NCBI GenBank assembly: GCA_025340205.1
Contig: CP006868.1
Coordinates: 1,590,001-1,622,000 of the forward strand
Reading direction: 5' to 3'
Length of the DNA stretch: 32,000 nucleotides
Source of the DNA: Ignicoccus pacificus DSM 13166
GTDB taxonomy: Archaea > Thermoproteota > Thermoprotei_A > Sulfolobales > Ignicoccaceae
Position numbers and translations under genes: made by a program. This document shows positions 1 through 8,590 of this stretch, one piece after another. The notes beneath the pieces are model-generated. The model worked only from the letters and a program-made list of their open reading frames with translations, searched no databases and was not told the origin of the DNA. Each line of letters starts with the position of its first letter. Position 1 is the first letter of the stretch.

Positions 1-455
1 AGGGCTGGGTAGAACATAGAGACGAGATGAGAAAGCTTAACCTTAGCCAGCAGAAGGAGCTCCAAGCGTTAGCAGCTAAAGCCATAGTCGAGGACGCCAA
101 GAAGGAGCTAGGTGACGATGGAGTCCTTATCATTGATACTCACGCTGCGATAAACACTCCGACGGGCGTGTGGCCCGGGCTCCCTAAGCACGTTATAGAG
201 AACCTAAATCCTGCAATAATCTTCGTAATAGAGGCCTCTCCTGAGGAGATAATAGCCAGACAGCAGAAGGACATCGGAAGGGTTAGGAGCGATTACTCCG
301 ATCCGGAGTTCCTAAGGCGCTTCATGGAATTTGCCAGAAACAGCGCCATAGCCTCCGCCGTCCTCGTGGGAGCTGCCGTTAACGTGATCTTAAATAAGGA
401 GGGAGCTGTTGAGGAGGCCGCTAACAAGTTCGTAAGTGCCATAGAGAAGATCTAA
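1..455 (+). CDS. adkA: Archaeal adenylate kinase, C-terminal part (truncated at left window edge)
   Basis: The frame is open from base 3 through GWVEHRDEM into the listed ORF. The sequence LIIDTHAAINTPTGVWPGLPKHVIENLNP...EASPEEIIARQQKD matches the archaeal AdkA family. Confidence 0.93.
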   Translation, partial: GWVEHRDEMRKLNLSQQKELQALAAKAIVEDAKKELGDDGVLIIDTHAAINTPTGVWPGLPKHVIENLNPAIIFVIEASPEEIIARQQKDIGRVRSDYSDPEFLRRFMEFARNSAIASAVLVGAAVNVILNKEGAVEEAANKFVSAIEKI

Positions 456-489
456 AACCAACCCGCGCTGAGGCCACGGGGATGCGACT

Positions 490-759
490 ATGGTAAGGCC
501 AGCGTACAGATCCAGAAGCAGGAGGAGGGTCTACAAGAGGACCCCTGGAGGAAAGACTGTAGTACACTATGAGAAGAGGAAGCCCTCCCAGCCCGTATGT
601 GCCATATGCGGAAGGCCGTTAGGAGGGGTTCCCAGAGGGAGGCCCGTCGAGTTAAGAAAAATGGCCAAGACCGAGAAGAGACCCGAAAGGCCTTATGGAG
701 GATACATCTGCGCTAGTTGCCTTAGAACTCTATACAAGTACGCTGTCTCCAAACTCTGA
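490..759 (+). CDS. rpl34e: 50S ribosomal protein L34e
   Basis: 89 aa, [52 protein letters not shown]...; zinc-ribbon CxxC pairs typical of L34e. Confidence 0.95.
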   Translation: MVRPAYRSRSRRRVYKRTPGGKTVVHYEKRKPSQPVCAICGRPLGGVPRGRPVELRKMAKTEKRPERPYGGYICASCLRTLYKYAVSKL

Positions 760-770
760 TTTTTATTTTC
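760..770 (+). terminator. T-rich archaeal-type termination signal after rpl34e
   Basis: tttttattttc immediately after the TGA stop at 757-759. Confidence 0.5.
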
Positions 771-948
771 GGCGTCAATAGCTTCCATTCCAATCTCCTA
801 GCGTCTCCTCTAACACCTTCCCCAATATATCCTCCCAGCCAAGATATATCCTAACTTATACTCACTTAACTGACTCGAAATTTTAACATTGTATACCCTA
901 CGTTTAAAGTTGACTAAACGAGGTTAAATATCAACAACGGTACTTAGC

Positions 949-960
949 AAAAACTATTTA
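949..960 (+). promoter_or_regulatory. TATA/BRE-like promoter for the V4R-domain gene
   Basis: aaaactattta, about 33 nt upstream of the likely ATG at 993. Confidence 0.45.
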
Positions 961-992
961 TCTAAGCCTCGATGTGTGATTCGGTGAGACGT

Positions 993-1478
993 ATGGAGTC
1001 TTACAACATCTCCGTTAAGGAAAACGGGAAGCTGGTAATAGAAGGGTTGAAGAGCGACTTCCTACTAATACCAGCCACTACGATAGAGAAGATTGGTGAG
1101 AGTCTCTACAAGATCGTTGGTCCCGCCGCCAACGTCCATCTTAGAGAAATAGGAAGGGGTATAGGAAAGGCCTTGATAGAGATTGTAAAGCATGAGAGAA
1201 CCGGTGAGGATTACCAAGCTGACGTGGACGCTATAGCACATTACTTGGAGAAGGCCGGATTTGGGAGAATTAAGGTAACTAAACATGACGATCATTTCGA
1301 CATATTAATAGAGAATCCGCCGTCCTTGAGATACAAGGCCGAGGGCGTACAGAAGTGCGCCTTTGAAGCGGGACTGATAAGGGGCGTCATGGAAGAATTA
1401 ACCTCTAAGAGATGGAGAGCTGAGGTGGATAACAGCGTAAACGACCACTGCTGTCTAATCCACTTGAGGCAAGCATGA
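993..1478 (+). CDS. V4R-domain-like (4-vinyl reductase type) small-molecule-binding protein
   Basis: ORF 972..1478; likely start at the internal ATG 993 (MESYNISVKENG). The C-terminal block CAFEAGLIRGVMEELTSKRWRAEVDNSVNDHCCLIHL resembles the V4R core. Confidence 0.6.
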   Translation: MESYNISVKENGKLVIEGLKSDFLLIPATTIEKIGESLYKIVGPAANVHLREIGRGIGKALIEIVKHERTGEDYQADVDAIAHYLEKAGFGRIKVTKHDDHFDILIENPPSLRYKAEGVQKCAFEAGLIRGVMEELTSKRWRAEVDNSVNDHCCLIHLRQA

Positions 1479-1520
1479 GCTTTATTTAACGGAGCCTGGA
1501 GGGCGCTAAGGGATTAAATA

Positions 1521-1808
1521 ATGAGCGAGGAGACCGGAATAAGATTAGTAGTGAAGATTGGAGAGGGAGAAAACGCTAAGGAGGTAGAACTAACCGAGGA
1601 GGTCCTCAGAGTAGTGAGGAAGTACCTTCATACTGAGTACAGCTTGGAGAAGCTGGCCGAGGACTTGGGACTAGACGGATGGGAGGAGGCCTATGAGTTC
1701 GTGAAGAAGATGCCGGCGTGGCTAGTCTGGACCCCGCCTACTCTACTAAGGTATAAGATGAGGATGTTAGAGGAGAAGATCAAGTCTGGTCAGTTAGTAA
1801 TAGAGTAA
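1521..1808 (+). CDS. Conserved hypothetical archaeal protein, 95 aa
   Basis: Intact ORF with Glu/Lys-rich hyperthermophilic composition; a T-rich tract follows. Confidence 0.6.
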   Translation: MSEETGIRLVVKIGEGENAKEVELTEEVLRVVRKYLHTEYSLEKLAEDLGLDGWEEAYEFVKKMPAWLVWTPPTLLRYKMRMLEEKIKSGQLVIE

Positions 1809-1815
1809 TACGGCT

Positions 1816-1842
1816 CTTGATTTTTCTTAATGTTTTTGATTT
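1816..1842 (+). terminator. T-rich termination region between convergent genes
   Basis: cttgatttttcttaatgtttttgattt downstream of the stop at 1808. Confidence 0.4.
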
Positions 1843-1959
1843 ACACACGATACTACTCTAACGTTTCCTTTCATAAGATAATAACCAAACGTGATTACTT
1901 ATGCTTCTAAATTGATGAGCATCCAAGGATGAATACAAAAACACGCGTTAAAACCAGCT

Positions 1960-3414
1960 TCAACCCTTCACCACACCTATGGGTCTCATCTTAGCGACGA
2001 GTTTGCTTATGCCAACAGCATGAACGACCTTTACTACCTTGTCCACATCCTTGTAGGCTCCCGGAGCCTCTTCGGCTATGACTCTGGCTTGAGCTGCCTT
2101 GATTACCACTCCCTTCTGAGCTAGCTCTTGGACCACTTGGCTTGGCCTATAGGTCCTTATCGCTGCCGCTCTGCTGAGCCATCTACCGGCACCGTGGCAA
2201 GTAGAGTACCAGGTCCTCGCTCCGGTGGGTTGTCCTACCAAGATGTAGCTAGCTGTACCCATGGATCCGGGTATTAGCACCGGCTGCCCTATGCTCTGGT
2301 AGTCCTTGGGTATCTCAGGGTGTCCTGGTGGGAAGGCTCTGGTGGCTCCCTTTCTATGAACTATCAACTTCATCCTCTTACCATCGACGTCATGCTCCTC
2401 GAACTTAGCGATGTTGTGGGCTACGTCATAGATTATGTGCATATCCAAGTTCTCCGGATCGGTCTTGAATACGTTCTTGAAGCTCTCCCTAACCCAATGA
2501 GTAATTAGTTGTCTGTTGGTCCACGCGTAGTTGGCAGCAGCACTCATGGCCTTGAAGTAATCTTGTGCCTCCGGGGTGTTCCAAGGAACTGAGGCGAGTT
2601 CCCTATCGGGAACCCTTATTCCATACTTCTTCATTGCCCTCTCCATCCTTATCAAATAGTCACTAGCCACTTGATGACCCAGTCCTCTGGAACCAGTATG
2701 AACCATTACTAACACCTGACCCTCGTGAGTTATACCCATTACCTTGGCGGCATGCGGATCATAGATCTTCTCAACGACTTGTATCTCGAGGAAGTGGTTA
2801 CCACTTCCAAGGGTGCCTAGCTGGGGAGCTCCTCTCATCTTAGCTCTTTGACTTACCTTACTGGCATCGGCGGTAACCATCCTTCCATGCTCCTCAATGT
2901 GTTCGGGGTCCTCGCTCCAGCCGTAACCTCTCTCAACCGCCCAGTACACTCCTTCCTCCAACACCTTATCCAACTCGCTTATGCTCAGCCTCACCTTACC
3001 CCTACTACCCAATCCAGATGGCACGTTCCTGAAAAGCTCGTACACTAGATCCTTCAGCTTCGGTCTAACATCTTCCTCATTCAAGTTGGTCCTCAAGACC
3101 CTGACGCCGCAGTTTATATCGTATCCCACTCCTCCAGGAGAGATAACGCCGTTCTCATCAACAGCAGTGGCAGCTACTCCTCCTATGGGGAAGCCGTACC
3201 CTTGATGACCATCGGGCATTACGTAGGAGGCTCTCTTTATTCCGGGGAGACAAGCGACGTTGGCTGCTTGATCCAACGTCCTATCACTCTTCATCTTCTC
3301 CAACAAGTACTCGTCGGCGAATATTATTGCGGGAACTCTCATACAAGGCTTTACTCCCTTCTCTATCATCCACTCGTATTCTCCAATTCTCTTTAAGGGT
3401 ATGTTCGCTGGCAT
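1960..3414 (-). CDS. rtcB: RNA-splicing ligase RtcB
   Basis: 484 aa; MPDGHQGYGFPIGG, GGVGYDINCGVR, LGTLGSGNHFLE, VHTGSRGLGHQ, HRKGATRAFPPGHP and STCHGAGRWLSR motifs. No intein. Confidence 0.97.
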   Translation of the reverse strand: MPANIPLKRIGEYEWMIEKGVKPCMRVPAIIFADEYLLEKMKSDRTLDQAANVACLPGIKRASYVMPDGHQGYGFPIGGVAATAVDENGVISPGGVGYDINCGVRVLRTNLNEEDVRPKLKDLVYELFRNVPSGLGSRGKVRLSISELDKVLEEGVYWAVERGYGWSEDPEHIEEHGRMVTADASKVSQRAKMRGAPQLGTLGSGNHFLEIQVVEKIYDPHAAKVMGITHEGQVLVMVHTGSRGLGHQVASDYLIRMERAMKKYGIRVPDRELASVPWNTPEAQDYFKAMSAAANYAWTNRQLITHWVRESFKNVFKTDPENLDMHIIYDVAHNIAKFEEHDVDGKRMKLIVHRKGATRAFPPGHPEIPKDYQSIGQPVLIPGSMGTASYILVGQPTGARTWYSTCHGAGRWLSRAAAIRTYRPSQVVQELAQKGVVIKAAQARVIAEEAPGAYKDVDKVVKVVHAVGISKLVAKMRPIGVVKG

Positions 3415-3562
3415 GTTAACATCCGATAGGGCCTTGCGTGAGAGTAGTTATCAGCTAGAGGGTTTTGAGCTGGTATCCGCTCAATTGACTTTTAGTTGAG
3501 AACGTGACGGATGCTAAAGCGTTAATCTAGCTTCCACAACGAGGATACCGGGTCAGCAAACG

Positions 3563-4753
3563 TTGTTGAGGAAGTTGACCCCTGTATCAGAGGTTATCGA
3601 AAGATTCGTCTCTAAGGTCTCCCTCCCAAACGTCGAGGAAATTGAGGTAAGAAATGGTACCGGTCTTTACGTCGCGGAGGAAGTTAGGGCGAGAGAGGAT
3701 AACCCTCCCGTGCCTAAATCTGTTCTAGACGGCTACGCTGTTAATTCCGAGGACTTAATTGGCGCTTCAGAGATATCACCCGTGACCTTAGAGATCGATA
3801 AGAAGTGGGAACCAGGAAAGGCTGTCTACGTACACACCGGAGATCCTATCCCGGAGGGGGCCGACACGGTCGTTCCAATAGAAACGGTTAGGGTAGAAGG
3901 GGATATACTCTATGTATTCAAACAATATCCTCCGGGTAACGCCATAGCAAAGGTTGGTGAAGACCTCAAGGCCGGTGAAACCATTGTTGAGAAGGGCACT
4001 CTACTTCGACCTTGGCACGTAGCCGCGCTCGCCTCTCAGGGGATATGGAAAGTCAAGGTGTTCAAGCCCAAGATTGCCTTAGCCTCTACAGGTGATGAGA
4101 TAGTTGAGCCTTGGGAGGAGGGGGGAGTAAGGAATAGCACAGCTTGGCTCGTCTACTCCTTCTTAAAGGAAAGGCTTGGTGTGGAACCAGATTATTTTGG
4201 TATAATAAAAGATAATCCAGACAAGATAAGGGAGTTCTTCGAGGAAAGAAGCAAGGAATACGATGTCGTTATCACAACCGGCGGTACGAGCGTCGGCAAA
4301 AGGGATCATTCGGCTAGAGTGGTTAAGGACCTAGCTGAGGAGTGGGTTCATGGCGTGGCGCTAACCCCCGGGAGGCCTCTCTGTATAGGAACAAAGGACG
4401 GGAAACTTCTCGTGGCGCTCTCCGGCTATCCAGTTGCAGCCCTCTCGGAGCTGGAGGTCGTGGTCTGGGAACTCTTGAAGAGAGCTTGGGGATTGAAGGA
4501 GCCACCGAAGCCCAAGGTAAGGGCAAAGTTAACGAGGCGCTTACCGGTTACCCCGAACATGGTTCACGTATACAGAGTCAAGGTGTTTAGATGTGGCGGA
4601 GAGCTGTGCGTGGAACCGCTGAGGCTGACGGGTTCTGGGGTGTTATCCTCGTTGCTTAGAGGCAACGGTCTTCTCATTGCCGGAGTTGGAGGAGAGACGG
4701 GGTACGACGTAGGAGACTACGTGGAGGTGGAGCTCTTGTCAGATATCACATGA
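3563..4753 (+). CDS. moeA: Molybdopterin molybdotransferase MoeA
   Basis: TTG start. PVPKSVLDGYAVNSEDL, IPEGADTVVPIE, STGDEIVEPWE, VVITTGGTSVGKRD and LSGYPVAAL motifs. Confidence 0.93.
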   Translation: MLRKLTPVSEVIERFVSKVSLPNVEEIEVRNGTGLYVAEEVRAREDNPPVPKSVLDGYAVNSEDLIGASEISPVTLEIDKKWEPGKAVYVHTGDPIPEGADTVVPIETVRVEGDILYVFKQYPPGNAIAKVGEDLKAGETIVEKGTLLRPWHVAALASQGIWKVKVFKPKIALASTGDEIVEPWEEGGVRNSTAWLVYSFLKERLGVEPDYFGIIKDNPDKIREFFEERSKEYDVVITTGGTSVGKRDHSARVVKDLAEEWVHGVALTPGRPLCIGTKDGKLLVALSGYPVAALSELEVVVWELLKRAWGLKEPPKPKVRAKLTRRLPVTPNMVHVYRVKVFRCGGELCVEPLRLTGSGVLSSLLRGNGLLIAGVGGETGYDVGDYVEVELLSDIT

Positions 4754-5423
4754 TGTATCTCTTCCAATAGTCCTCCTGAGTTTCTTCCAAGTCTATGCAT
4801 ATAATTCTTCTCCTCTTCTGCTTTGGCTTCCACTTCCTCTTCGGCTTAACATCAGGATACAAGTAAACTCTGTTTCCCTCTATTAGGTAACGAACGACTC
4901 TTATCCTATCCTTAACCCAGGGGAACTGGTCCCTCCATTCCCTGAACGCGTCGTTGCTCACTACTATTCCATGCTCAGCTTCAGCCATGGATAAGATGAA
5001 GTAATCGGCTGGTGTACTTGGGGGTACTTGTATTATCTTTCCCGCCTGAACTAATTTCTCGTACTTGTTTGGCTCGTCTATCTTGTGCCTAAGCGAGGCG
5101 TCGGCAACTGCATAGACCTTAAAGCCTTTATCTTCAAGCACCTTGATCATCATGAGTATGTTTGATAAACTTCCCTTTCCCTTCCTAGCAGATCCATAGA
5201 GGGCCACGTTCGAAGCATCCACTATCGCTACGTTGTAAGGGACCCTAACCTTGCTGTACCTAGGGGCCCTTCTCTTTTCTATTATCGTCTTCAGCTTAGG
5301 GTAGAGCGCCACGTAGCCTAACGTCGTCGCTGAGGCTATTAGCGCTGAAAGTATTATTACTTCCAGCAGCTTTTGATCCCGAAGGCTCCAGAGGTCTTCC
5401 AAATGAAAAGTTATGGGTATCAA
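4746..5423 (-). CDS. Membrane-anchored Zc3h12a/Regnase-like (NYN/PIN-fold) ribonuclease
   Basis: N-terminal hydrophobic helix LLEVIILSALIASATTLGYVAL, then VAIVDASNVALYG...VYAVADAS...TPADYFILSMAEAEHGIVVSNDAFREWRDQFPWVKDRIRVVRY, then a Lys/Arg-rich tail. The ORF track extends to 5552, but in-frame TTG codons at 5423 and 5402 are more likely starts because hisG begins at 5473 on the other strand. Confidence 0.7.
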   Translation of the reverse strand: MIPITFHLEDLWSLRDQKLLEVIILSALIASATTLGYVALYPKLKTIIEKRRAPRYSKVRVPYNVAIVDASNVALYGSARKGKGSLSNILMMIKVLEDKGFKVYAVADASLRHKIDEPNKYEKLVQAGKIIQVPPSTPADYFILSMAEAEHGIVVSNDAFREWRDQFPWVKDRIRVVRYLIEGNRVYLYPDVKPKRKWKPKQKRRRIICIDLEETQEDYWKRYIM

Positions 5424-5472
5424 GGGATCAAGATTAATGTCTAAGACCAGTGGGAGAATTGGGTAACTCGTC

Positions 5473-6324
5473 TTGAGAATAGCTGTTCCTAGTAAGGGAA
5501 GATTGAAAGAGAGAACCTTAGAGCTCTTGGAAGCAGCGGGATTTGCTCCCACTTATGCAGACCCTAGAGCGTTAATCGTGCCAACCAAGTATAGCGGAGT
5601 AGAACTCGTCTTCATAAGACCCGAAGACATACCTTGGATAGTAGAGAGCGGCGCAGCCGAGCTAGGCATAACAGGTCATGATTATGTCATGGAAGCTGGT
5701 GTAGACGTAGAGGAGCTCCTAGACTTAGGTTATGGTCACTCGAGGCTCGTGTTAGCGGTACCTTCGTCCTCCGGAATTTCGCGCCCTGAGGATCTACCGG
5801 AAGGCGCCAGGATAGCGACCAAGTTTGTTAACCTTGCTAACGATTATCTTAAGAGGAAAGGTATAAAGGCCAAGATAGTTAAGATAAGCGGATCTGCAGA
5901 GATAATGCCCGGTATTGGGGCAGCCGATGCTATAATAGACATCTCCTCCACGGGTACCACGCTAAGGCTTCACGGCCTAGTGCCTATAGACGAGCTCTTG
6001 AAGAGTAGTGCCCGTCTAATAGCTAACAAGGAGGCGTTGAATAATCCGATAGTAAACACAGTTACAACAATGATAAAGGGAGTTATACTTGCTAAGAACA
6101 AGAAATTGTTGCTAATGAATGTACCTGACGAGAGCTTGGAGAATGTTATAAAGGAACTTCCCGCCATGTCCGGACCTACTGTTAGTAAGGTAGAAGGAGA
6201 GAAGCCCATGTGGGAGGTTATCGTAGCCGTTGACGAAGATATAATAAATGATATAATAATGAAGGTGAAAAGTGCCGGAGCCAAGGATATCTTGGTGGTC
6301 AACATAGAGCGGTTGGTCCCCTAA
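5473..6324 (+). CDS. hisG: ATP phosphoribosyltransferase, long form
   Basis: TTG start; MRIAVPSKGRLKERTLELLEAAG, ELGITGHDYVMEAG, GAADAIIDISSTGTTLR, plus a C-terminal regulatory domain. Confidence 0.94.
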   Translation: MRIAVPSKGRLKERTLELLEAAGFAPTYADPRALIVPTKYSGVELVFIRPEDIPWIVESGAAELGITGHDYVMEAGVDVEELLDLGYGHSRLVLAVPSSSGISRPEDLPEGARIATKFVNLANDYLKRKGIKAKIVKISGSAEIMPGIGAADAIIDISSTGTTLRLHGLVPIDELLKSSARLIANKEALNNPIVNTVTTMIKGVILAKNKKLLLMNVPDESLENVIKELPAMSGPTVSKVEGEKPMWEVIVAVDEDIINDIIMKVKSAGAKDILVVNIERLVP

Positions 6325-7160
6325 TAAGGCTCTGGGGTCAACCTTTCCCGAAGAATTTTGTTCAATATGCTTATGATAGTTCCAAATAAAGCAATAGTAC
6401 TCATTATCATCAAAGTCTCAAATTCCTTAACCTCCACGAGTTTATATAAGCAGATCTCGTTAGGGGATCTAATCATTAACTTAGAATCCGAGAAATCGAT
6501 GGAATAGGCCTCGCATTTTAGAGTCCCTTTACCCAGCAATTTCAACTTCGTCGAAAGTACTACGTATTGGTTACCGTAAACGTCAATAACCTTGTCATCT
6601 AACAAACTTAACCATTGGCACCTTATGTTAATTGAGGGTCCTCCAAGCATCTCTACCTTATTGCCTTCACAAACGTAGACCTTATCGGAAAGAAGCATGC
6701 TCACTAAACTCCCTTTCAAGGGATACTTGAAGAGTGCTCCCTCTTTCCATACCTCGACCTCTTTTAGAAACCCTATGGCAAAGGAGTTCCTATATGTACT
6801 CACATCTATTGCGTTACTGAAGGTATACATCAAGTTATTGTAGAGGTCGAATATGTAGACAGCACCCGGCGCTACCACGCCTAAGAAGCGTCCGGAATAG
6901 GAGCACTTGCTGGCAACTCCGTACACCTTTACGTCAATCGGTTCTAATTTACCAAGCACTATTTTATAGAAGTACGTATGTTCTCCATCACTTACTCCTA
7001 CAACGTTCTTGCACAAGCAACACACGCTCATGGGCAGTGGAACGCTCACTCCACCATATACCAAGTTCGTCCCATATCCATAAATAAGGACGTTGCCGAA
7101 GAGCGACGCGCAGCAGCTTTGTACTAGGAGAGTCTTGAGCAGTATAAGTTGGTATACCAC
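6321..7160 (-). CDS. Hypothetical protein, beta-strand-rich (propeller-like) with a C-terminal transmembrane helix
   Basis: Repeated short beta-type segments. C-terminal FETLMIMSTIALFGTIISILNKILRERL is a plausible TM anchor. The N-terminal start is uncertain because the ORF nearly abuts the divergent cmk. Confidence 0.5.
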   Translation of the reverse strand: MVYQLILLKTLLVQSCCASLFGNVLIYGYGTNLVYGGVSVPLPMSVCCLCKNVVGVSDGEHTYFYKIVLGKLEPIDVKVYGVASKCSYSGRFLGVVAPGAVYIFDLYNNLMYTFSNAIDVSTYRNSFAIGFLKEVEVWKEGALFKYPLKGSLVSMLLSDKVYVCEGNKVEMLGGPSINIRCQWLSLLDDKVIDVYGNQYVVLSTKLKLLGKGTLKCEAYSIDFSDSKLMIRSPNEICLYKLVEVKEFETLMIMSTIALFGTIISILNKILRERLTPEPY

Positions 7161-7189
7161 CCAACGGACCCCATCCTTGGGGGATCGGA

Positions 7190-7717
7190 ATGCCTACAAT
7201 AGTCATTAGCGGGCCGCCGGGAAGCGGGAAGAGCACTGTCGCGAAGATGTTATCAGAGCTCTTGAACTTACCCGTTATCTCTGCTGGGAGCATCTTCAGG
7301 AGCATTGCCAGAGAGATGGGGATGGATTTAGTTAAATTTAACGAATACGCTAAGGAAAATCCAAGGATAGACATAGAGATAGACTTGAGAACTTTAAAAG
7401 CCTCAATTGAAGGGAATGTTATAATCGAAGGTCATTTGACCGCGTGGGTGGCACCTAAGGCTGACTTGAAGGTCTACTTAACAGCACCCATACGTGTCAG
7501 GGCCAAGAGAATCGCTAAGAGAGATGGAATAGATGAGGAGGAGGCCATGTTCAGCATTCTGGAAAGGGAGAAGGCTCATTGGGAGCGCTTCAAAGCTCTC
7601 TATGGAATAGACATCACCGACCTCTCCCCTTTTGACCTAGTCGTAGATACTTCCAAGTTTAGACCCGAAGAAATATCGAATATGATAATAAGTTATATAA
7701 AGAGAAGTTACTCTTGA
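7190..7717 (+). CDS. cmk: Cytidylate kinase
   Basis: MPTIVISGPPGSGKSTVAKMLSELLNLPVISAGSIFRSIAREMGMDL...; archaeal Cmk family. Confidence 0.93.
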   Translation: MPTIVISGPPGSGKSTVAKMLSELLNLPVISAGSIFRSIAREMGMDLVKFNEYAKENPRIDIEIDLRTLKASIEGNVIIEGHLTAWVAPKADLKVYLTAPIRVRAKRIAKRDGIDEEEAMFSILEREKAHWERFKALYGIDITDLSPFDLVVDTSKFRPEEISNMIISYIKRSYS

Positions 7718-8550
7718 TCTCCTTCGATCTTCTTGATTACTTTTTCTGCAATATCAAGGAACGATTTAGCAGCGGGAGACTCCGGGTACTCGATGAAGAA
7801 CGGGAGACCCTTGTCATTACATTCAGATATTCTGGGATCTAGAGGTATAGAACCCAAGAAGTCAACCCCCGCCTCTTGGGCTATCTTCTTTCCGCCGCCA
7901 GAACCGAATATCGGGTAGGTCTTCCCGTCACATGGACATGTGAAGCCCGACATGTTCTCTACTATACCTAGTATTGGTATGTTTAACCTCTTAGCGAAGT
8001 TTATCGACTTCATTACTACCTTCTGGGAAACTTCGGAAGGTATGGTAACTATTATCGCTCCGGTGATGTTGGGTATCATCTGAGCGACGGTCAAAGGAGC
8101 GTCACCGGTTCCGGGAGGGAGGTCTATTAGCAAGTAGTCTAGCTCTCCCCAATTCACGTTCTCCAAGAGCTCGAGCATGGCGTTAGAGAGCATGGGTCCC
8201 CTCCAAATGACTGGAGTGGTATCGTCGGGCAGCATGAAGTCCACGCTAACTATCTTGACTCCTAGAGGTCCGACCACGGGCATTAAACCTTGATCGGTCG
8301 CGAATACCCTCTGACCCTCGGTCCCCATCATCTTAGGGATGCTGGGTCCGTAGAAGTCCGCGTCAAGGACCGCAACCTTCTTACCCTTAAATGCCAACGC
8401 GAAGGCCAAATTCGCAGTTACGAAGGACTTACCTACTCCTCCTTTACCGCTCATTATCGCTACCTTATACTTCACGCCCTTGAGCCTGTTCTCGATGGAC
8501 TTTTGTATTTCTTGAATGGGCCTGAAGGGGAGCTTCTTCTGTGCAGCCAT
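7708..8550 (-). CDS. Mrp/NBP35-family P-loop ATPase (iron-sulfur cluster carrier)
   Basis: VAIMSGKGGVGKSFVTANLA (deviant Walker A), DADFYGPSIP, DYLLIDLPPGTGDAPLT, GIVENMSGFTCPCDGKTYPIFGSGGG (CxC). Confidence 0.94.
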   Translation of the reverse strand: MAAQKKLPFRPIQEIQKSIENRLKGVKYKVAIMSGKGGVGKSFVTANLAFALAFKGKKVAVLDADFYGPSIPKMMGTEGQRVFATDQGLMPVVGPLGVKIVSVDFMLPDDTTPVIWRGPMLSNAMLELLENVNWGELDYLLIDLPPGTGDAPLTVAQMIPNITGAIIVTIPSEVSQKVVMKSINFAKRLNIPILGIVENMSGFTCPCDGKTYPIFGSGGGKKIAQEAGVDFLGSIPLDPRISECNDKGLPFFIEYPESPAAKSFLDIAEKVIKKIEGDQE

Positions 8551-8590
8551 TCCTTAAACCCTATTCCCGTCCGTCTGAAGGGGAATATAT

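Noticed and set aside
1065-1295. Antisense ORF of 76 aa opposite the V4R-domain gene
   Set aside because: Shadow ORF within a better-supported gene; no signature, and composition follows the antisense of the coding frame.
1911-1945. Possible C/D box sRNA (ttgatgagc ... ggatgaa)
   Set aside because: A C-box-like TGATGA is present, but no properly spaced D box (CTGA) or C'/D' pair was found.
2320-3396. Several plus-strand ORFs (2320, 2848, 2981, 3202) over rtcB
   Set aside because: All are antisense to strongly conserved RtcB motifs; compositional artefacts.
5424-5552. N-terminal extension of the Regnase-like ORF
   Set aside because: It would overlap the first 80 nt of hisG antisense and carries a non-conserved Pro/Leu-rich sequence.
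5970-6305. 111-aa minus ORF over hisG
   Set aside because: Thr/Ser/Ile-rich shadow of the hisG C-terminal coding region; no independent support.
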